Source: Octopus vulgaris (taxonomy: Eukaryota). From it: a stretch of DNA of 64,000 bases. Position 1 is the first letter of the stretch; every line of letters begins with the position of its first letter. Below the pieces are notes generated by a model that worked only from the letters and a program-made list of their open reading frames with translations, did no database searches and was not told the DNA's origin. Of this stretch, positions 53,621-64,000 are shown piece by piece. Location of the stretch: contig OX597837.1 in assembly GCA_951406725.2 (NCBI GenBank), positions 15,748,001 through 15,812,000 of the forward strand, read 5' to 3'. The position numbers were made by a program, and so were the translations under genes.

Positions 53621-55108
53621 ACGTACATACATACATCATAAAATGTCAGGAGGTATGAGAGAGGTGAATATATTTATTTAAAACACTTGACAAGAGGTTA
53701 AATACTTCCTCACTCTTTGTGGATTATATATTCCTCATCAATTAGATCTGGATTTCAGCTATATAGAACTCTGCATTATACTCCTCCGTTTTTAGCTTGC
53801 TATGTGGTCTGCTAGCCAGATCCAGTAGAGGAGCTTGCTGTGATAGCCACATGATTCATATATTACACTATAAATGTGTGTGTGTGTGCATGGGAGTATC
53901 ATAAAGGAAAAAACCTATTACAAAAATGTCCCCTATTGTGTGACTTATCTGTCCCTTCTCCTGTATTTTATTGATGGACAAAGGCATGGATGAGTGGCTA
54001 AAAAGTTCCACTTTACAACCAAGAGGACTCAGGCTCAATCCCACTGCATGACATCTTGAGCAAGTACATTTGCCACAGCCTTGTAACAGCCCAAACACTG
54101 TGAGTGAATTTGAGTAAATGGAAACTGTACTGAACCCTCTACGAATGACTGTACTTGTAAATCAAAGCTCCAGCCTTGCCACACACTGTGTCATGCTGAT
54201 TCTACTTGTGAATTACATTATGAGTATATGGGTCTATGGAATACTCAGCCATTTCACATGGTACTTGATGACTGGACGATTGAACAACTGGACACCCATA
54301 CATCAAAATTAATATGGCAGTCCAACATTATTCTTTTGGCTCTCTATATTAAGATTAGCACTAGCTTAACTGCTAGTTCTTCAAGCAGAAGGAGTCCCAG
54401 GGTAAAATTCCTTTGACTTGTTCTGTTAGAGATATAGATTGTGTTTAAAGAGGTTTAAAGTAAATATGGAGTTTAGGAAAAACTATGCTACTGACTTTTC
54501 TCAAACATACAAATCCTACTCTCCTTAGTTTTAAAGACTCATACGGCCAAGTAGTGGTTAGTGTGTTGCACTCATAACCTCAAGATCATAAGTTCAGTTC
54601 CCAGGCCAGGTGATGTGATGTGTTTATGAGCAAAATGCTTCATTTCACATTGGCCCAGGCCACTCAGCTGCCCATGAGGAACCCTGCAACCGACTGGCAT
54701 CCTGGTCAGAGGAAGTATTGTGATCTCAGCCATTTCTTTGTCATGGGAACTGGGTAACCAGCCCCTGTATTGTTTCCCTCATTCTCCTTCAAGACATGTT
54801 CCATGCTGGCATGGGTTGGATGGTTTTGACAGGGTCCAACGGGTCTAAGGGCTGCCTCGTGCTCCAGTGTCTGCTTTGGAAGGGTTTCTGCAGCTGGATG
54901 CCCTTCCTAATGCCAACCCCTTTACAGTAAGAGCTGGGTCCTCTTTTGTACCGACTGGCACTAGTGAGGCTGCCCTGCAGCGGCCACCAAGACTACAAAC
55001 CCTGATGGGGCAACTTTATGCAGTGAGACGAGGGGTTAAGTATGCGGGGAAAGGGCCAAAGAAGAACAGGCCCCTTACTGCAGAAGAACTGAATGACTAC
55101 TCACATTT

Positions 55109-55157
<49 letters not shown>

Positions 55158-55470
55158 TCAAGCAGAGCTGGAAAGTGATAAAAATGATGCGTGTATATGT
55201 GTGTGTGTGCATGAATGTGTATGTGTTTGTGAGTGTGTGTGTGCGCGCGAATGTGTATGTGTGTGTGTGTGTGTTAGAGTAATATTAGAATGCGGGGGTG
55301 GTGCAGTCTTGTCAGGCAGCTGTTATTTGAGCAATTCATTAAAGCGTAAGGTTTATTGGCAGATGGAGCTGAGGTGACATGTAATAATAGATTGTCATCA
55401 CAGTTGTCATCATCACAAATGATTTTCCCTTAATTTATTTAACAGTTTAAATCAATAACGAGGCATTTGC

Positions 55471-55522
<52 letters not shown>

Positions 55523-56633
55523 AACTGCAATTTCTAAAGAATCACAAGTAATTTGAGAGTTTCTATGGTTGTTAAGAGTACAACCTGTAGAAGAAGAAGA
55601 AGAAGAATTTTGAGTTCAGTTCTGCACAAAAGAGGTTCTGATCTGCAGGTTTGTTATGGATACTTTGTGTAAGATGATAAAGGATAGGTGCGGGGTGGGG
55701 TGGGGGGCTGTGTGGTTAAAAGGCAACTATGTGGTGTCAGGTTCAATTCCTCTGTGTGCCACCTTGGGCAAGTGTCTTTTACTTTAGCCCTGGGCTCACT
55801 AATGCCCTGATTCCTTCTGAGTAGATTTGGTAGATGGAAACTGAAAGAAGCCTGTCATGTATGTGTGTATGTACATATATATATACACACACACACATGC
55901 GTATGTGTATATATGCATGTATATGTGCATGTGTGTGTGTGCCTTTGTGTGTGTGCCTTTGTGTGTGTGTTCAGCCCCCCCCCCCCCATCATCACTTGAT
56001 AAACAGAATTGGTTTGTTTATTTTCCTATTATTTCACAGTTTAGCAAAAAGACAAACAAAACAAAAAAAAAAGCACAAAAAAAGCCCTCCAAGGGGCAGA
56101 GCTCCAGCATGGCCACAGTCCAGTGAGTGAAGCAAGAGACAAAACATTACGTTATATCCCAGCAGACAAGAAATAGATTTTGGGAGCCAAGAGAGAGGAG
56201 GAGGACCCTGTCCCAAGGGGCAGGGGGGGACACCTTCCCTCCACATGAGAAATTTTGTCCACATTCACACATGGAACTGTTTGCAGAGAAAGTCACTAAA
56301 AGCCTTTCATGTTTACTGCATGGATCCAATGCATGATGGAGCCATGGAACTGAATCCTCCTCCTCATCATCCTCATCATCATCATTGTCCTTTTGCTGAA
56401 CCCCTTTCCATGCTGGCATGGGTTGGACAGAATTTGCTGAGGTGGATTTTTCTATGGCAGGGCGCTTTTACTGCCACAAACCCTCATCTATTTCCAAGTA
56501 AGGTAATATTTCCCCATGGCCAGACATGTTTCCATGGCAACAAAGGGCACCACTTACAGGATGGGGACATTTATTTACAACCATCCCAGGAAATCCAGAC
56601 AAGCAGGTAGCCATACACACATACCTGTCTATG

Positions 56634-56665
<32 letters not shown>

Positions 56666-56766
56666 ATGCACACAAACAGATATGTATAGATAAGAGGGAG
56701 ATTTCACTGCTTTTTCTAGCAGTTCCAACAAATACGTAAGGGATCCCTCACTGAGTTGCCATCTTG

Positions 56767-57080
56767 TTTACCTCTGCCTTAGTGATGGCAGGGGTATTGC
56801 TTCTGGTTGTGTTTGTTTGTTTGTGGACAAGATATTTCAAGAAGCATGCGATGGATTCGGATGAAACTTTCAGGGATATTCGGCCTCATGACTGGCACGA
56901 ACTCATTAGATTTTGGGATCGATCTGGGACTGGACAAGGATCCTGGATTATTTTTCCTGTTTTTTTATTTACTTTTTGAGAGTGGTTGGGTTCGTTTTTA
57001 GTATCTCGTTTGTGAGAGCAGTCGAGTTTATTTCTGATATTCTCATTTAAAAAATCATCTCCAGCCAATCATTGAGAGGC
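56767..57080 (+). mobile_element. Helentron/DINE-1-like non-autonomous element (3' boundary uncertain)
   Basis: A 5' stem-loop TACCTCTGCC-TTAGTGAT-GGCAGGGGTA is followed by a (GTTT)n microsatellite and a GGATT..GATGAAACTT core, matching HINE/DINE architecture. Confidence 0.55.
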
Positions 57081-59328
57081 TGTTGCCTTGTTGTTGTTGT
57101 TACTGTTGTTTATGCGGATCCCCTTTGGCCTTGGTTAGTCTTGATCTGGTAAATCTATGACGAAAAACATTCTAACAGTCACCGTGTACTCCTCATTTCC
57201 AGACTTGCTCAAGCCTTTGGCTCCATACTACACTATTCTATGTGTTTTCCTTCTGTTTTTAGGAAAAACAGCAGGGTGTGTGATATATGGTGTGGGTTTG
57301 CCTGCTATGTCTAGCGTGTCGGATGACCTCATATATGATGCATGTGCACAGTTGATGCAAAACAGCTGACATGGAAGCAAGCAAATATTATATAAAGGAA
57401 TGGAAATGTAATGGAACCCCCGAGGAGACATTTAATACTAGCTGGCTCAACCCACTCGTCTATAAATAGATACAATGGATATGTTGTAGAGACAACTGAT
57501 TTAAGTGAAATACAAATAGTTATTAAATACACAAACTCTATAATGAATTGACCCCCCCCCCCCATTGGGATACACAGATCTGAGAACTTATTAACAGACC
57601 AAAGGGGTCACATACAAACCCTGCATATGGCTTGTCTTATATTTTGAAGTTGCTTCAGTCATTGGACTGCGACCAAGCTGGGGCACTACCATGAAGGGTT
57701 TATTTGAATAAAATGACCCCAAGACATGTTTTTTTTTTTTTTAAGGCATGGTACTGTTTCTATTAGTCTCTTTTGCTGAACTGTGAAGTTATGAGAACAT
57801 ATCTGAACCAACCAACACTAGCTGTCGGGTGGGGGTGGGGTGGGGGACAAGCACAAAGACAAACAGTCAAACCATTATATGTATGTGTGTGTGTGATCAC
57901 ATGACTGATCAAGATATCAGATGTTGTTATACACCACTGGTCACAATGCGCTTTTTGCATTGTTTTAATCTTTAAATGATGCCACTCTGCTGGCTAGGTG
58001 AACAGGCCTATATTTATACATATATATATATATATATGTATGTATATATCTCCCTCTCTCTTGGAGAGGCACAAGCACCTACATACATGGCAGTAACTTC
58101 CGCCTACTGAATTCAATCACAAAGTTTCAGTCGGCCCGGGGCTAAAGCAGAAGACACTTGCCCAAAGCGCCATGCGGTGGGACTGAACCTGAAACCATGG
58201 AGCTATCTATGTATATTTATTTCTTTATTTCCCACAGCGGGGTAAACACAGAGGGGACAAACAAGGACAGACAAAGGGATTAAGTCGATAACATTGACCC
58301 CAGTGCGTAACTGGTACTTATTTAATCAATCCCAAAAGGATGAAAGGCAAAGTTGACCTTGGTGGAATTTGAACTCAGAATGTAACGGCAGACGAAACGT
58401 TACTAAGCATTTTGCCTGACATGCTAACAATTCTGCCAACTCACTGCCCACCTGACAATTGGTGTTGGTTTGTTTATGTCCCCATAAAGTAGTTTGGCAA
58501 AAGAGATCAATAAAATAAGTACGAGGTTTAAAGTTACAAAAGTAATGAAGTCAGTTTGTTGAACCAAAACCCTTCAAAGTGGTGCCCCAGTATGACCGCA
58601 GTCCAATGATTGAAACAAGTAAAAAGTAAAAGATACTATGAAATCTTGGTGGTAAGTTTAATTTAAAATAGGAGGTTTGTATCATAAAACCCAAGGATGG
58701 CCTCAAGCAGGTTCATAGCAGAAAGGCTGAGGTGGAAATTTTGCTGCTATTTCTAGCTGGTCTTGTGACCTCAAAAACACTTCTGTCCATTGACTGAAGA
58801 AAATTCTTGCTTCACAATATTTCAGAAGTGACAGTCTCAAACAAGTTTTTAAATTAGGTAAAAATTATATAGATGTGTGTGTGTGTGTGTGTATTTTTAA
58901 TGTCCTCATTAAGCAAAGTATTTCAGTGCTTTTGTTAGAAAACTGAGAACAACTGCTTTTCTAAGAATAAAAACAATTTTGGTTCCAGTACAAACTGTAG
59001 AGCTTAAGGAGAATAATTTGAAACTGCTCTTAAAGAAAGGATGTGTGTCCTCTTAGAAAAATAGCCAACACTTTCAGCCTTTTTCTAGAGATATACACGC
59101 ACACATATATTTATACACCTCCCATACATATATACATATATAAATCTGTTTTTATATATATATCTAAATCTGTATATATATATATATATATAATCAGCAT
59201 TGTTTTAACATTCCATTTCACATGCATGCACAGGTAAGACAAAGTTCATTGGAGCAGCTTTTCTATGGCAGAATGCCTTTCCTGTTGCCAAACCTCACCT
59301 GTTTCCATTTCCTAATATCCAGACATAG

Positions 59329-59402
59329 TTTTTACGTGTCCCAGGCACGGGTATCTTAATGGAAATTGTAGTTAAGATACCCGTGCCAGTGACACGTAAA
59401 AA
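59329..59402. other. 74-nt near-perfect hairpin at the 5' edge of an RTE-tail element
   Basis: TTTTTACGTGTC/GACACGTAAAAA (12 bp) plus GGCACGGGTATCTTAA/TTAAGATACCCGTGCC (16 bp), with a 12-nt loop. Confidence 0.9.
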
Positions 59403-60633
59403 GCATCCACTACTCTCTCAGAGTGGTTGGCATTAGGAAGGGCATCCAGCTGTAGAAACACTGCCAGATCAGACTAGAGCCTGGTGCAGCCTCCTGGCTT
59501 CCCAGACCCCGGTCGAACTGTCCAACCCATGCTAGCATGGAGAACGGATGTTAAATGATGATGATGAGTTTCCCTTCAACTGATGACAAGACAAAGGTAT
59601 ACACAAGCACACGTACACAGGTTTGTATAGGAGGAAGAAGAGTGCTTAGCAAGTACATGAGCTGGGGTTCAGTCCCACCGTAAGACACTGTGGGCAAGTG
59701 TCTTCAACTGTAGCCCCTGGCTAACTAAAGTGTTGAGTGGATGTCAAGGATGGAAACTGAAAGAAACCTTGTATAAATGTAAATGTGTGTGTGAGCCTGT
59801 CACTGACTGATTGCCCTTCACGTAATATTGTAAAGGTGAACAAATGTCCCCGTCAAGCAAACATGGGAAACTGGAAGCAAATGTTAATTGATGACGACGA
59901 TGACATCTACAAAACTAAAAGCACACACACACAGTTGTGTATGTGATGAGCTTCTTTCAGTTTCCATATACCTAACCCACTCACAAAGCACTTGTTAGCC
60001 CAAACCTATAACAGGGGCCACTTAACCCGTGTCACGCAGTGATAGTGAACCTGAGACCCCATGGCTGCAAAACAAGCTTCTTAACAAAAACAACCACCCC
60101 CCACTGCCCCTCACACCTAAAAACACCAGTCCCTGCCAGCCCCTTCTCATAATGCCTCCCTTCTTCATATCGCTCTTTTACTTGTTTCAGTCATTTGACT
60201 GTGGCCATGCTGGAGCACCACATTTAGTTGAATGAATCAACCCCAGGACATATTCTTTGTAATCCTAGTACTTAGTACCTGGCGGTATCAGGACACACAC
60301 AAATGACAGGCTTCCACACAGTGAGACCGAACCCTAAACCACATGGCTGGGAAGCAAACTTCTTATCATACAACCATATCTATGTTCGAGAAAAAAAAAA
60401 GGCCATGGTCACGGCTGGAATGCTTTTTAACGCAGGGGTGCTTGTTCGATTAGAGCTTCCCTGGGGTTAAACAATAACAAAAATAGATTCAAGTCGAAGA
60501 GGCAGCCTCAACATGAATACTCGAAATAGCAACCAAATCCCTCACTACACACTCTATATTCTGAAAACAAAGGAAGGACATTAGAAAAAGTAGGACGGTC
60601 ATGGTTGGACAGCGTTTCATTAATAGGCCGACC

Positions 60634-61035
60634 CAGCACTGGATTAACCATTAAGTAGAATAAGCATGTGCTTAAGACTTCACGGGAAAGTGGGGCACTA
60701 CAGAAATGGTAAATGGTCCACAGTACAAAAGAAATCAGTTTAAACTTGCTAAAATAATAATCGCGGTAGGGTATATGAAATATAATTTCCAAGTGTTGAT
60801 CGTGTCATGGCAAGGATCTAATCAAAGACTTTGCAATTTAAAAAAAGTGAAAAAAAACCTCTCATATATAAATAAAGTCGAAGTCTACAAAAATAAACAT
60901 TATTTTCCATCTTATTGTCAGTTTCTTCTCATTAAAAAAAAAAAAAATTATGGTTTATTATTGTTTATATTTTGAATTACATATATAGAGGGGTACCAAA
61001 AACCTTTAAAGTGTTTAGGGCCTTCATGGGTCTTC
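60634..61035. mobile_element. Possible hAT-type MITE
   Basis: Starts CAGCACTGGATTAACCATTAAG. The right end GTGTTTAGGGCC..GGTCTT resembles a truncated hAT terminus. Confidence 0.4.
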
Positions 61036-61499
61036 CTCCTGCCGTCTGTCCACTCATCCAGGACTGGTCGGTGTCCAAATATCTCTGTAAGCAAGTGGTG
61101 GGCCGCAGTTCAAAGTTTAAGGTGGAGTGTTTTCGTTGACCACTTCAAAAAAACAAGTTGTCTTTCCGTGGGAAAAGCAGAATGAAGACGGAACTCTTTC
61201 TAAATGTTTGTCATTGTCATGTAGTAACTTGAATTAATTACCTACGTATCTACGTAGAGGATAATTAGAAATGAAACGATGTGTGTGTGTAGCTGCGTGC
61301 CCGTGTATTTCAACACACACACACACATTCTTTCATTTCCACACCCGTTTGTAAACATCACCGTCCTCCTATCTCCTTCTTACCCGCTTCCTCCATTCAC
61401 ACAAAGACTTGTTTACAAATTCAAATTTGCATCTGTTCATACACGTGGCCAACACGGGAAATATGTGTCCATGTCTAACCAAATGGTGGACGTTTTCAC

Positions 61500-61531
<32 letters not shown>

Positions 61532-61577
61532 TTATAGAAGGAAGATACATATACGTTCTTAGATAGATAGATAGATA

Positions 61578-61878
61578 TGTTTCTTTATTAGCCACATAGG
61601 GCTGCACATAGACAGGACAAATTACAAGGTAGAGCTTTTCTTTTGGGGGTAAAAAAAAGGGGTTTGGTTTTCGATCAAAAGGGATCGTAAAAGGAAAGAA
61701 AGAGGACAAAAAAGGGGGGGGGGAGGAAAAAAAAAGAAAGAACAAAAATTGATCAATAGGGATCGTTATCACAGAAATGTCAATATGAAGTGTAAAGGGG
61801 AGGACAGGTGAGGTTTACCCGTGGAAAGAAAAGCCTACGGAAAAGACCACGGTAACCTCGGTCAATGAAGTCACATGT
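61578..61878 (-). mobile_element. 3' fragment of a non-LTR element (possibly Tx1/L1 clade) inserted in (GATA)n
   Basis: The minus strand ends ..GCCCTATGTGGCTAATAAAGAAAC then (CTAT)n, with GATA repeats on both sides. The last 43 nt match the family A SINE tail at 33 of 43 positions, ungapped. Confidence 0.5.
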
Positions 61879-61879
61879 T

Positions 61880-62040
61880 AGATAAAATAGATAGATAGAT
61901 AGATATAGAATGATAGATAGATAGACAGATAGACTGATAGACAGACGGACGGACAGACAGACAGACAGACAGACAGATAGATAGACATAGATAGATAGAC
62001 ATAGATAGATAGAGAATGATAGATAGATAGACAGACAGAC

Positions 62041-62091
<51 letters not shown>

Positions 62092-62104
62092 CAGGCAGAC
62101 AGAC

Positions 62105-62155
<51 letters not shown>

Positions 62156-62188
62156 GACAGGCAGACAGATAGATAGATAGATAGATGT

Positions 62189-62219
<31 letters not shown>

Positions 62220-62220
62220 C

Positions 62221-62293
<73 letters not shown>

Positions 62294-62380
62294 CATAGAT
62301 AGATAGATAGATAGATAGAGAATGATAGATAGATAGACAGACAGACAGATAGATAGACTGATGGATAGATAGATATAGAA
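61880..62380. repeat. (GATA)n/(GACA)n microsatellite
   Basis: Seen directly. Confidence 0.95.
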
Positions 62381-62629
62381 TGATGTTGCTATGGAGTTGT
62401 GAAAAGGGTTAAACGTCACAACCTCCACACACACACACAAGCTGATCGTCTAAAGTAATACACTTTCAGCATATACATAAGTTTATACTTATATACATGT
62501 GTGTGTGTAGGGGAGAGAGGACAGGGAGGGAGAGAGGATATCAGCAGCTGTTTTGTTCAGTGAGCGCGTGTGTATATATATATATATATATAGGTGTGTG
62601 TGTGTATGTGTGTGTGTACATATGTATAT

Positions 62630-62661
<32 letters not shown>

Positions 62662-62935
62662 CATACGTATATACAATATGAATGTATGTACACACACACA
62701 CACAAATGGACATGGTAGCTGTCCAGTCATGTTACAAAAAATCTCAACGTAAGACTTCTACACACACACACACACGTAAGTGTAGGCACACTTAGACATG
62801 TGTGTGTTTGCGCCGGGTGCAGCAACAAAGTGAATCATCTCCTACCTGTTTCTTAAATAAATACCAACTTCTAAGGCGTCGGCGGGGAGTTCTTTCTTGC
62901 AAAGGCCTCCCACACCAAAGCAACGTATCTGTGTG

Positions 62936-62994
<59 letters not shown>

Positions 62995-63231
62995 TTTAAA
63001 TAAAATGAGACAACAAAGCCAAGGCTGTGTGGAATTTTCAGCACATTTATAAAGATTAAATATTTATAAAGGGAAAGTTAGTGTGTGTGAGTGTGTATGT
63101 ATATATATATATATATATACATATATATACATATATATATACATGTATATATACACTGTGTGTGTGTTTGTGCAGTTTGTAAGTACGTATCTACACATAC
63201 ACAGAAGCGTGGTTGAGTTTTTAAAAGTTTG

Positions 63232-63251
63232 GTTCGAGAAGATTCCTGAAG
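63232..63251. promoter_or_regulatory. Perfect four-unit heat shock element
   Basis: gTTCg-aGAAg-aTTCc-tGAAg gives four contiguous inverted nGAAn pentamers. A CCAAT lies at 63278-63282. Confidence 0.5.
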
Positions 63252-64000
63252 ACAATGCCGGACACTGAGACATAAACCCAATCGCAGACTTTCTCCCCCT
63301 CCAAACACACACACACACACACTCACGCACACACACACACGTACGCACACACACACACACACATACACACACACGTACGCACACACACACACACACATGC
63401 GCGCGTGCGAATGTGTGTATCTATTTCTTTTTTTTAGAACAGTAAATTCAAATTATGAAGTTAACAATTATACACTCACAGACACACATTGTATGTCTGA
63501 GTGTATAGAAATATATATGTAATTATGTATGTAATTATGCATGTATGTATAAAAGATGCTAATGTATACATCAACGCACAAAATATTTAAACAAGTGGCG
63601 ACGGAGAATGGAATTATAATAGCAGAATATATTTATATACACAAGAAAGTAGGTTATATAATTAAAATGCCGAGCCGAAGGTAGCGATAAAAAGTTATAC
63701 CAAGCAGTGGGAGACTTTTTTTCTTCTTTTTTTTGATAATTAAATTCAACTTGCTGTCTACGTTCCTATCAGAATGTTAATACTGACATTTTAGAAGAGG
63801 AACCAAGTATAGACTCTATCGAAGTTGACCATTCACTCCAAAAGCTACGAAGAGTTTCTGGCTTTGTTGTATCCAACATGGAACAAACGGGAAATAAAAG
63901 GAAAATATTTGGTCCTGGCCAACAAATGGTCGAGGAAGTTGGCACTTTGGGAGTCTGGTGTCCCTAGCCACGATCTCATTGCGCGCCAGCATCTGGGACA

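Overview
This is AT-rich eukaryotic non-coding DNA, densely filled with microsatellites ((TA)n, (CA)n, (GA)n, (GAT)n, (GGT)n, (GATA)n) and decayed transposable elements. The repeat families and composition suggest a cephalopod, probably Octopus; this is inferred from recalled repeat families and was not checked against a database. I can support no intact host protein-coding gene, and almost all ORFs in the track are translations of microsatellites or SINEs. Recognisable elements include three tRNA-headed SINE families with exchangeable tails, two RTE LINE families, a mariner transposase relic, an LTR-retrotransposon RT relic, piggyBac- and hAT-type MITEs, a non-autonomous Helitron and a Helentron/DINE-like element. 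The most striking pattern is a set of nine type I minimal hammerhead-ribozyme-like motifs (CUGANGA...GAAA...UH) from several sequence families. Most lie in short elements in or beside microsatellites, and several have different self-complementary stem III sequences, as described for Penelope-like retroelements. The unique inter-repeat blocks carry recurrent TGGAAT-plus-TAAT motifs and candidate TEAD/AP-1, MEF2, Su(H) and heat-shock elements. There is also one well-formed candidate exon (438-526) and a near-perfect 74-nt hairpin (59329-59402).
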